Shown here piece by piece: positions 1 through 11,691 of a DNA stretch of 64,000 nt. Position 1 is the stretch's first letter, and each line of letters opens with the position of its first letter. The notes below the pieces were generated by a model. That model had not been told where the DNA came from, made no database searches, and saw nothing but the letters and a program-made list of their open reading frames with translations. Origin of the DNA: Polymyxa betae A26-41 (Eukaryota; Protista; Endomyxa: Phytomyxea); contig RBZT01000215.1 of NCBI GenBank assembly GCA_003693705.1, forward strand, positions 1 through 64,000, written 5' to 3'. The position numbers were made by a program, and so were the translations under genes.

Positions 1-1654
1 ATTGTGCCGCATACCATCCTGTTGCTAGGACAAGAAAGTCAGCAACATCGTCGTCATCGTCATCGATCCCGCAAGCCTCAGGACCCCGGGAGAAGGCAGG
101 AGCCATATCTCGACAGGTAAATAAATAATATTTAAAATCGCCGCCCAAATATTTAGGTCCGAGCTGAAAATCGTATTTTGCAAAATTCAAGGGTATTTTG
201 CAAAAATCCCGATTTTGCAAAATGGGCTTCCAAACACGTTGAACATCTTTTATTTTGCAAGATAGTCAATTTTGCAAAATATCCCCCGGAATTTTGCAAA
301 ATTGCGAGTATCCAAACGAACTCTAAACCCAATAAAAACCTTCGAATGTTTAAACAAAAAAAAAACCTGCGTGACAACACTGCTCAAAACGTATTTACGG
401 GATTTGTAACGTTACATTTATAGTGAATTGTTCAATCACCTGCAATGAAACGTCAGAAACGGTAATAATGATATGGATGGCACAATAGATGGTGATGGAT
501 GCAGGTTTCAGGAACAGCTTGCCAGAAGGGCGTCGGCCAGCCAAGCCGTGCTTACTCAGCCAGCTTCCAGTACGTCGGTGGCCAAACCAGTTGTAATGCC
601 GGAGCCCGCGACGTCATTCTTGGTGCCGGATGCAACCGAACCTGTAATATCAGAACCTATCCCATTAGTTCAGAATGATCCGCAACTTATCGAGTAAATG
701 GATTATAGAAATTGGCTTGATTTAATTGAATTTTTTGTTTACAGGGACGAGCCTCCGTTGAAGAGAAAAGCTGCTGTTAATGCCAATCAGAAAGCTTTGC
801 TTGAAGAGCTGAAAAATTTCTCTGACTCACTTGCAGAGGCTAAAAGGCAGCAAGCTCTTCACGAATGGATTAATCATTGGGACGTTTCCAATGTAAAAAC
901 AGAATTCACATGGCGGAGTAGCCCAAAACGTCCAGAAAGACGCTTTACCAGCCTATTTAATATGGCTATTCCCAGAAAAACCCAATTCGATTTCACTATT
1001 ACTAAATGACAGATTGGACTGGCAGCATCTGCAACTACCAACTACAAAGATTGAAAAGAAACCTACAGAATCAATAAGAGCAAAGCTTCAAGTCTGTATC
1101 TGCCAATGACTCAATGCTGCAGCTTCCGATTCCGTTCTTCGTGGATCACGGTTCGATGCCTTCGCATTCCAAACATCAATTACTGAATAATGGACGCTAC
1201 AGAAGATATGCGGCTGTCTTACCTGATTGACGACGAGCCTCGTTCGCGGATAGCGAATGTTGTCGAAGAGCAGCATCGAGTCTTCACCGAGAAACTGACC
1301 GAAACTGTTCGGCAAGGCAACGAGGCTGTCCTAAACGCTGAGAAGACCGTTGCAGACCTCGGCCGTCGTACTGAAGATGTTGTTAAACGCATCGAAAACG
1401 AAGTTCACGACGTCCGTGATGTCGTGCAGAAAATAATCAACGACGTCAAGCATCTGGTCAGCGATGAAGGCATCGTCGGGCAGTCGATTAACCAGATCAC
1501 GATGGTCGCTTCAACCGCCCAGGAGCTGATCGTTGATAATCTGCCCGAGATGGAAGAGCAGCGTAAACATCAGATCGCTACCTGGTCCATGGTTGGAGTC
1601 ATGACCGCCTTGGTCTGCGTCGCTGCTGTCGGCGTTGCCCGATATCGCTCCTGA
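1..1654 (+). CDS. Multi-exon hypothetical protein, coiled-coil with C-terminal TM helix (tail-anchored); 5' end outside window
   Basis: ORF pieces 473-697, 698-1009 and 1190-1654 join via GT-AG introns; C-terminus WSMVGVMTALVCVAAVGVARYRS is hydrophobic with a basic tail. Confidence 0.6.
175..303. repeat. Array of six TTTTGCAA(AA) palindromes inside an unusually long intron
   Basis: Copies at about 175, 195, 212, 252, 268 and 290. Confidence 0.85.
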
Positions 1655-1720
1655 AAATAAATTGATTGCAATTTCGCATGCATTAGGCTTTTTTTCTCGA
1701 TTTATTTTTTTTTTACAAAA

Positions 1721-2235
1721 TTAGTTCATGACGGCTTCACGGCGTAGTCTTTGCATTAATATCCTAAAGGATATTGGCAAAACAATAGATATTAGAATGA
1801 TCAGAACTGCTGAAGAAGCAGGAGTAAAGTAACGCTTCCTGTATGAAGGCGTGAGGAAGGCTCCGGCCGCGGCCAGGCTGACTAATAGCATCAGTAAAGC
1901 CAAAGCGATAGGTGCTAAGTCGGTATCGCTCTCTCTGTTGACTCCCTGCTGTATCTGAATCGAAGATACACTGAAAGATTTCAGTTCTCGACAATCCAAA
2001 CTCATAATCGTAACCTGCAATGAATTACATCGCCATCACGAACGTCGGCTTGCCGAAAAGAGATATGATCAGGGAGGCGCTGGCCGAAATGGACAATGTT
2101 GATACGACGGCCTTCGCGAACTTCATCTGGAAACGTGCGTTCCTTCCACACAGCAATCTTCTCGTCAATCAATACGGTCAGTGTCTGAGCCGGCCGTCCA
2201 GGCCCCATTAGCCTGATGCTTATTGAAGAAGCCAT
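1721..2235 (-). CDS. Ubiquitin-like domain protein with two C-terminal TM helices (TMUB/DSC3-like)
   Basis: UBL-like N-terminus (RINIVHFGQRL..DGDVIHC); 44-nt intron 2014-1971 restores the frame into two hydrophobic helices. Confidence 0.7.
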
Positions 2236-3218
2236 TTTGATGGTCTGAAATCGGGTCGGAGGAAAAGGCTGCGCCCTATGATTTTCCAGATATCTTCCAG
2301 AAGTTTTCTAAATGTGGGCTACAGAGCGAGACGAGATTGTGGCTCCGAACTGCAATTTTGTAATTTCGTATGCAACAGATATCACTGGCAGTCTAACTTT
2401 GATCGTAAACCGACAAAAACTAACAACCAATGGCCTCGTTTCTGGACTGGGGACCAAACGGCTGAAAAGTCGAGTTAGCATGTAATGAGTTTCCGATTGA
2501 AAAGAGTAAACGCTTCGGTTTATTGCAGAATATTAGCTGGAATGATGCCACTCCAAGTTCTGGGCCAGTTCTGACTTCCAAGGCAACAAGCTGCTTAAAT
2601 TTCTAGACACAGAGGGGTGATCCTTAAACCGAACCAATCCATCAATAAATCTGGTTTATCTCATGCGCCATCTGTAATGGTTAAGCACGATGCTGTTGAA
2701 GCAAATCATATTTAAGGATCCTAAAACATTTGATGTATCGATAAACAAACAATAAGTTTATCCTATACGCAGCATCTATAAAACCACAGAAACATGGAAA
2801 AGGCAATACTGCTGCCGAAACAATTCCGACAAGCCTCGATTGCGATAGCGATAACCCAAAACAAACGCTATGACATCTCACGCCATCTGTCGCCATCCAA
2901 TCTAGAGGTAAGCGCCAGACCGATGCTCATAACAATAAGTCTCATAGACGAGAAACATCTATCGAAACGAGAACGACGCCAATGAGAAACGTTGTAGAGC
3001 ACCACGACTTGACTGTGAACAGGGCTGAAACACAGCCCATCAGCTGTGCTCAATCGATACCACAAGTGACAGTTCAACAGTGATTTGGGTTTTGTCAATA
3101 TGAGAGCAGGATCAGCTGACGACATTGCACTGTGGAGCGCCCCGCTTCCCTTTCAAAGTAACGTGACCAGCATTGTCATCTCCCAGCATCGGTCATTCTA
3201 CTATCTGGCTCGATAACA

Positions 3219-4398
3219 ATGGCAAAGGTCATCCTAGGGAAAGAATGGCAGACGATGGAGCCGTCGGGAGCAAGGTCGGTGCTGGAACTCGGACCGACTG
3301 CCAATGATCTGAATGACGTTAGGTTCGGGCGCGGCGCAGAAAGCTTTTCGCAGCGTTCGTTAGGTAGCTCACCGACATTATCACAACCGTTATATTACTC
3401 TCAAGACCGGACACAGCTCTCTGTAAACTGTGCAATATCGACCATCATCACAAGTCTGATTACGAATGTTTTAGCCCTTCTTATCGAACACACAACTATC
3501 GCAACCAATGGCATTGTCGCAGGATCAAAGCAGATCCGCAATTCCATCAGTAAGCACGCCACAGAAAGGTTGGCAATTATTTAGCTTTATATAGCCTATA
3601 CCGCATCCTCCAAAGCAATTTCAGCCCGGTAATGGATTGCTATTATCTAAGCTGGGGCGTTATATGGAACCAAGTAAAGCATTACTGCATCCAAAGAGTA
3701 ACGGCCAGTTACAAGAAGCTGAGCCAGCGATATTCTTGCAACTGATTAACCTTATTACGGATGTGAAGACCAACATGATCAATTTCTCGACAACGACGAT
3801 ATCGGCGATAGAGACCATTCGGCATGCGCTAACAGAAACACAGCAGCAATTGTACGGTGCAGTTGAAACCATGCGAGGGATCACAAACTGCCAGTCGAGC
3901 CAAGAAAGAGATTCCCAGCTGGTCGAGAAGATGTCGGAGCTCGTGACAAGGCAGAATGCTGCTGATGAACTGACACAATCAGTCCGGGAAACACTTCAAG
4001 AATCCATCGACGGGCTGCGAAGATGCATCGAGAACGAAATTAGCCAAAGGATAGAACAATTTTCACAAACATTGGCTGAAAGCTCCAGAAAATCAGCTAT
4101 GGATAGGAACCTCGCATCAGGGGAAAAAGTTACGGATACGAGTGAACCAGAAGGACCATCTGGCCGAAAAAACACCAACCGGCAAGCAAATAGAAAGCAA
4201 ACGAAGTCAATCCGGAGACCGAGAAAACAGGTCGCAAAGAAGGTTGCTAATTCAGTTAATGAGCCGGTCCGACGTCGAGGCAGGCCAAGAAAGCATCCAA
4301 ATTCTGAAGTAGCATTCGTATCGGATGGCATTGAATGCAGTGTCCTAGACTGGTTTGATGACTGCAGCAACACTGGCGTGATGCTCAATACGAAGTGA
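3219..4398 (+). CDS. Coiled-coil protein with SQ/TQ-rich N-terminus and C-terminal AT-hook
   Basis: ORFs 3219-3584 and 3637-4398; RRRGRPRK at ~4270-4293. Confidence 0.6.
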
Positions 4399-4665
4399 AA
4401 TCTGCAACACAGGGCGAGACGCAGATTGTCGTTCTACGTCGACGAAGAGCTGAATCAAGCTAGATGAGGGCTATTATAATACAGCAGGCTGAGTTAGCCC
4501 AGATGATGCAGCAGATATTAAGCAAGTGTCTTCGGTGTCGCACTTTAGTTCTCCAGTCAAGCTTACAGTTAATATGATTCGTGAAAGTCGTTCTGGAATC
4601 TGACCATGAATTTCGCCAAGGGCGGCGATAGGAGGGCAATTTCTGATTGGAAGTCGTCTGTGAAA

Positions 4666-5952
4666 ATGTCGCTGACCAGGTCGTTTTCCCAAGTGCTCTT
4701 GGCCATGGCCTTCTATGTCTTTGTCGGAACCTTACTGACGTTCTACAACAAGACCATCCTATCAAAAGCGTTTGTGTTATTCTCTTGATAAGCGATTTAT
4801 ATTGACCAATAATTCAGAGGCTTCAAATTTGAAGTCACCATGATCCTATTTCAATCTGTCTTCAATAGTATATTTGCAGCCACATATTGCTATGTTTCCC
4901 TAAGAGATTCGGTTGCAATCACTAGTTGCCCTTACTGGCCAAGCAATATGACTTTTAGAATGTATCTGACCCAGTTATTTCCTGTTGGGGCGCTGTTCGG
5001 GTATTGGCCCCTATAATGTATTGTCGCGATTCTGCTTATTCAGATCTCAGATTTGATATAACACTCACGAATCTGGCGTTTCGCTTGTCGTCCGTTGCCC
5101 TAACAGAAGTCGTAAAATCAGGCGTACCAGCTCTAGTGCTGCTGTTCGGAATACTGGTACGAACAGAAACGATGACCAGGAGGAAGTTCGCTGTCGTCCT
5201 TGTATTATGTTGTGGTATCATCATGACAACCGGCGGCGAGTTCTCCGTCAGGTTTAGCGCCATCCTGGTCGCTGCTGGCGCCACTTTCTGTGGTACTCGT
5301 CTTCATTCAATCACTTGATCAGCCGTGACGAATGCGGGTTTAGGTGCGGCCAAGCTGGTCCTAATGCAACGATTGCTCGGGTCGCGGGAACATATCCACC
5401 CAACATTGTCTCTCATGTATTTGGCAGGTAGCTCAGCTATTGCTCTCATCATCCCATTCGTTACGTACGAGGCATCAGATCTGTTCAAGTCGAGCTGGGT
5501 GGCACCCGGTCTGTTCTCCTACACCGATCTCCTTCCACTTCTGATTCGCTCAAAGGACGTCTGTTCTGGACTCTGACTATGTTGATGATGGGTAGCGTCC
5601 TCGCCTTCCTATTGAACATGTCCGAGCTGGTTGTCATACAGTGGTCGTCAGCGTTATCGTTATGCGTCGCCGGTGTCGTCAAACTCCTGGTCACAATCAT
5701 CGTCTCGGCGGCCTGGTACGATTTCCAACCGACCAGGACCAATATATGCGGCATTGTATTAGCCGTTGCAGGTCGTACTCGAATTCCGGTCATGACCAGC
5801 GTTCTAATACTTGAGCAGGCGTGGTCGCATTCAACTGGATGACCTATCAAGATCGTCGTCGTGCGCTGCAATACGCGAAGCTGGACTCGGAGCTGGAAGA
5901 GTTCAACCTGGAGCTATCCCCGTTATCCATGACAGATTTGACACGACAATAA
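4666..5952 (+). CDS. TPT/SLC35-family nucleotide-sugar or sugar-phosphate transporter (SLC35C2-like)
   Basis: Motifs LLTFYNK, LTNLAF..SVALTEVVKSGVP, SSALSLCVAGVVK; about 10 TM helices across several short introns. Confidence 0.85.
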
Positions 5953-6013
5953 CAAGATTAAGGCATTCGTCATATATCTATACGATCGTGTGATACGCCA
6001 TAGTTAATGTTTA

Positions 6014-9000
6014 TTAGTAAAACGGCGTGGACGGCGTCGCACACCACGCGCATATCTTCAATTTCGTCACAAACCGATTCCAATCGTCGCGATTCGCCAG
6101 ACGATGACAGACGCCGCATTCGACCTTGCTCGTCTCCAGAACGGGATATCCTTTACAGAACCATCAATGAGCGCTCAAACACAGATTCCATCCGGATGTG
6201 CTGACCGGTAACACAGCAGGCCGGAGCCGTCTTGCGACATTGATGACAGGTAAGTCCGGCAACATACGTCCGTGCTGAACATGTCTCGCATTGGCGTTGC
6301 GTCAATGATTGCGAGGTCGTGTTGGACATGGCGATCTCCAGGACCATCTCACGAATCTCTTCGCGTGCTTCATCCGAGTACGATAGCGTCTTCGGCAGCG
6401 CGCCTTTCGACCTGAATACAGACAAAGATCAGCTGCCGATCGCCCGAGCGTCGCATCTGTTACAGTGCAGGAATGTCGGTCTCGAGGAAATCGCTGTTAT
6501 CGATCTCTCCGTGTTCCGGATCATCGATTAGATCACAGACATCAACGAATCGATTAAAGAATACGAAGGCCATATTGCCCCAATCTACAGATTGACAAGC
6601 ACGTCCAGCTTTATATAGAGCTTTATCAACAGGAACATCGGTGGGATATCTGAAAAGGCGTTCATCACAGCTCTCATCATAGGACGCGATACGCCGTCAT
6701 ACCTAATCAACGAGATCGCGATTTTCGCCGCGATCCGCTTCAGACCGGCAGCTTCGGCCATGTTCTGCACCGAGATCAGATGCGCCACGAACAGTAGCCG
6801 GCCGAGGTCGGCGTTCTGCTGTGCGCCGGGCGCCGACAGCATCCGCTTCAACAAATCCGCGCCGGATCGACCCGCGGGCGTCATGGCGTCCGCGATAGCA
6901 GCGCGAGCCAGCTGACGGACGATCGCGACCCCTTCCGCACTGGTCGGCAGGCCGTGCTCCAGTACGGCGGCGATCGCGTCGCGGACGGCGTTCGATTTCA
7001 GGAGCGTTTCCAGATGCAGCTGCTGGTACTTGTCAAGCTGGCCCTTGGCGCGGGCCATCTCGTAGACGCGTGGCCATTGGCCTTGGGCGGCGAGGGCGTC
7101 GATGGGGGAGGCGCCGCCGTGCTCGGCGCGCTCGACGGCCTCGACCAATTCCGGGGCGCGTTTCGCGGCTAACGCTGAGGCGGCCGTGAACTCGCCGGCG
7201 TTGATCAGGACATCGACGGCGTCACGGACAAGATCGGCGCCGGCGAGCAGGTCGGCGGCGTTCGTATGGCGACCTATGCTGACGAGACGTTGCGCGACGA
7301 CGACGACAATGTCGCGAACACGTCCAGGGACATGCTGAATGGCGAGCTTGACGGCGTCGATCCATGTCTTTTCGAGCGTATCGGGAGAGGTCGTCGGCGA
7401 TGCCGTCACGGATAATAGCAGGTCGATGGCGGCGGATGTCTGACCTGCAGCCACCATCTGTGCGGCGCGCGCTTCGATCGACGCCGACGCCGACGACTGC
7501 ATCTGGATCTCGGCGACCAGATTCGGACGGAACGTTCGAGCGCAGCGCAGGGCGTCGTTCCAAGCTTTGGCGTTCCGATACATCTGGATGGCGAGCTCAG
7601 GGCGGCCAGCGTTCAGATACAGCGATTCAGCAGCCGCCTACAGAAACCCTAAACCCTAGAACCCTAATGACCCGAAACCTACCAGATCGCGGTTCTGTTC
7701 CGCGAACGCCGCCTGGGCCGTGTAGATATCCGGAAGTGCGCCGGGGTCGTGCTGCTGCGCGATCTGCGCCGCTCTGGCCCATTCGTGCTGGTGCAGGAAC
7801 ATGTCGATGGCCTCGCGGGGTTTCTCCGCCGCCAGGAACTCGGCCTCGGCCTGGTCGAACTGGCCCTCGTCCTCCAGCGCCATCGCATACTGCAGATGGA
7901 CCTCGAACAGTTTCGGACGGGCACCCGCCTGTAGAGAAGACAACAGTGAACGCTGGGCAATCCATATTCAGAGCCAGTACGACCTTGTCGGCGATGCGGA
8001 ACGCCTCCTGGAAATCGGCCCGTTCCATGGCGATATCGACGGCGCGATCCACGAGGCCTTTCTCTTTGAGGAATTTGACAGCGGCGTCCGCCGATAATGT
8101 ACGCGCATAAGTGCAGGCAACAATCTCTATACAACATAGTATCAACGCTGCTCGGGAAATATTCGACGAAAAATAAAAAAATGGGATTTTTTTTTGAAAT
8201 ATTTTGAATCAAAATAACAAAAAAGGAAATAATTTGTTGTGTGAGCTGTTACCATATGCTCCAGGTTCATCAGCAGATCGTGCTACTCTCATAGCATCAT
8301 TCCATGAACCACGCTGTCTATACATATCGACCACCTCGCGCCATTTCCCGATCTTCATCAGATACGCTTCCGCATCGCCCAGCTTGCCATCGCGCAGAGC
8401 CTTCACACACACAGCGTTGGTTCCAAAGGGTTTTAGGGATTCCAGCAGCACTCTCTCATACCTCCTTGGCCATTGTAGCGTACGTCTCCGCGATCTGCTC
8501 CTTTCGGAATCTCGCCACCAATCGGACGACGGCGTCCGCATTGCCTGCCTGCCGATACATATCGATAGCACGATCCACCTGATCAATGACCAACAGCAGA
8601 CGTTCGGCCGGGGCCAGCATGCCTTGCGCCATCAGACGTTGAGCATGCGTAGCAAACAGCGTGACGGTCTCCGGACGCGACAGATGCGCGGCGGCGATCC
8701 GCTCGGCGTCGTCCAGGGCGCCCTCCGCCAGATACCGATCGACGGCGTCCGCGGCCATGCCGCCGGCAACATAATAGGGCTCGGCGTCACGGACCTGGCC
8801 GGAGTCCGCCAACGTCTGCGCGATTCGCCGGTAGAAGGGGCGCGCCGTGCCCGCCTCCATATTCGCAAGAATCTGTCCGGCCTTGCCGTACTGCCTCGCA
8901 TCGACGGCGGCCGCGATCGCCTTCGTATAGGCGCCGCCCTCGATGAAATGATTACTGGCGGCGTCGTGCTGGCCCAGGCCGACCAGGTAATCGCCCCATT

Positions 9001-11582
9001 CCTGCTCGATCTGCGTGACGCGCGCCGGCATCGTCTGTCGGCACAGATCGACGGCCCGCGCGTACGCGCGTCCGTCGCGATACGCCTGCAGGGCCCGGTC
9101 GGGCTGCGCCAGCTGCCGCAGGAAATCGCCGGCCGGTTCGTACTGGCCCCGGGCGAGCAGCGACTGGACGACGTCCTCGACCAGCGCATTGTCGTGAGCC
9201 AGACCCTGGGTCTTGATGAGATCGGCGGCCCGCGGACCAGCACCACCCCGGACGTAGAGGCGGACGGCGCCGACGTAGTCGCCGTCACGTTCGCGGAGTT
9301 CGCCGGCCCGGACTTCCTGTCCGGATGCGAGCAGGGCGGCGAGATGGCGCTCCCGTAATGATTGGAGATGATCATGACCCCGTGATTCAGCTATAGCTAT
9401 AGCTGAATCCCATTTCTGTACCTGAACATACATATTGATAGCATCATCAACACGACCAGAGCTAAGTAATAGAGCTTCAGCCTGACGGAAATTGCCGCAT
9501 AATAGAGCGAGACGAGCACGAACAACCGATTGATGATGATCACCTGTCTCGATCGTATCACGGAGAAATGCAGCTCGAGCGGCATCGCCCAATGCCACAA
9601 AACATCGCTCCGCTACATACAGATTGCCATCATCCAGAGCCAGCTGAGACAGACGCGACCACATCGACTCGTTGGCGGCATCGTCGCCGAGCTGCTCCAG
9701 GGCCAGGACGACGGGTTCGTACTGGCCCGACTCGAGGGCGGCAACGAACGAGATCTGGGTCTCGTCGAGGTCGAGGGCGGCGCCGTCGTCGAAGACGACG
9801 CGAGTGCGGCCGCGGCCTCGTTCCATCTGGGCCACGTCCGTGGACCGTGGCGGCAGAGCAAGTACGACGGACTGATCGACCTGCGCGATACTGTACCAGA
9901 CCAGGAGCGAGGTCCGTGTCTGGGCCACGACCACGTCGGTGCCGGGGACCCATTGCGCGTACGACACGAACGGGGCCAGTAGGGTGCGGCGCTGGCCCGC
10001 CACGGAGTACAGATGCAGGGCATGGCGTGCGTCACGGAACAGCAGCAGACGTCCGGAGGCGTTCAGCTCGAGCCAGTCGAGGTCGGTATCGTGTGCCAGT
10101 GATGACTGTGTGGCACCGGTCCGCAGGTCCAGTACGACGACGGTCTGACGATCCAAGAGGTAGGCGATGGAGCGTGATGCCGAGACAGACACCAATGCAG
10201 GCGACATAAACTCCGTCCGGCACGAACCGATCACATCATCATGGCCGAGTTCAATCTGTGCAAACGAAACCCTAAACCCTAAAACCCTAAAACTCTACAC
10301 ATGGTGAGCGTACCGCAGACAGTTCCCCGGCGGAATACAGCAGGGCCAAATCCGGCGATGGGAACATGACCCGGGGCTTGACTGCGCTGCCGTACCGGAC
10401 CTCGCTGGTCTTGTCCGTGACCAGGTCGGCGATAATGACGGAGGCCGCGGTCCTGGCGATCACGAACCTATCTTGAACGATGTCCACGGTCTGAATCTCA
10501 AGTCCGAGGCCGGACGATACCGCCACGGACCTGGCATCGGCAACCAACCCTCCGACCACCATCGAGCTCGGACTTGTGAACGTCACCTGAAACGTGTTCC
10601 GGATCAGGAAACGTTTCAAACAGGCGTCGTACAGGTCGATCGCGCCAGTCATGGATCCGGTCGTTAGACGCGATCCGTCCGGACGAAATGCAAGTGCCGT
10701 GACGGCCCCGAGACCGGGCACGAGGGTCGTACCGACCCTCGTCCAACGATCCTCATACGCAAACAGCGCGAATCCATCCCAGCTGCCGACGACGGCGACT
10801 TTGCCGCTCGGCGAAAACGCCGCCGCCGTCATCTCACGCTGTTCGTCGAGCTTGAATCGGGCCAGTACGTCGCCGCCGCTGGCCGACAGAAACAGGACGG
10901 CGCCGGAGTCGGTGCCGGCCGCGATCATGGCACCGGCGGCGCCCCAGGCCAGCGCATAGGCCGCGAACGTCAGACGGGCCGTGGCGGCTTTCGACGCAGG
11001 CCGTGCGGCGTCCGGGAACGTGTAACGATAGATGGCGCCATCCGCATGGGCACTGGCCAACGAATGTCCGTCGGGGCCAGCACACAGGGCCACGACACCG
11101 GCCTCGGACTCGTACAGGTTCGCGGTCTTGTTCGTCCGCAACAGTCCGACACGGACTCGGCCGTCGCCCGTCCCGAACACGACCTCGTCCGGTCGCTTCG
11201 CGGGCCAGCATAGGGCCGAGACCGGCGCCCCGGACTTGCCCGCCGCGAACTTATTACAGACGGACTTTCGATCGTCCCAATTGGCACCCAGCTGATAGAC
11301 GTAGACGACGCCGTCGGTTTGTGCGACGGCGAGCCGGGCGGAGTCCGGGGCGAACACGACGCCGCGAACGACGAACTCGCGCGCGCCGCCTTTCGCCGCC
11401 GGTTTCAGGGCGAATCGGTCGCGCTGGACCCCGTTCCCATCGAACACGACGATCTGTCGTTCGGCTGTAGCTGCTACTAAACGTTGTCCATTTGGTGACC
11501 AAGCTAGATCGGCGATCTTCCCGGGCAGATCGCTCTCGCCTTCGACCGCCTCACGAATCGTCTTCACATAACGCAGCTGCAT
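6014..11582 (-). CDS. IFT172: Intraflagellar transport protein 172 (WD40 plus TPR-like solenoid plus C-terminal Cys-rich region)
   Basis: N-terminus MQLRYVKT..LAWSPNG..RDRFALKPA; WDDRKSVCNKF; DWLELNASG; YAQWVPGTDVVVAQ; C-terminal CCVTGYPV. Confidence 0.95.
7643..7680. repeat. Degenerate telomere-type repeat tract (TTTAGGG-like) filling a 45-nt IFT172 intron
   Basis: aaaccctaaaccctagaaccctaatgacccgaaacc; intron 7682-7638. Confidence 0.85.
10267..10297. repeat. Telomere-type repeats (TTTTAGGG/TTTAGGG x3) in IFT172 intron 1
   Basis: aaaccctaaaccctaaaaccctaaaactcta; intron 10313-10256. Confidence 0.9.
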
Positions 11583-11691
11583 GCTGCTCTATACCATACA
11601 ACAACAACAACAGTCACTGTGACGTACTGGCCTCGGGGCTATACGGGCGGAGAAAACGAAGCAATCGGTGGTATCGCGCAGCTGCTGTATT

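Noticed and set aside
2681-3125. Possible small multi-exon membrane gene on the - strand
   Set aside because: Could not build one convincing spliced model
8204-9358. 384-aa + strand ORF and other long ORFs antisense to IFT172
   Set aside because: Shadow ORFs expected from very high GC3; no domain signal
10267-10297. Chromosome end or assembly join at telomeric repeats
   Set aside because: The IFT172 reading frame continues correctly on both sides after GT-AG splicing
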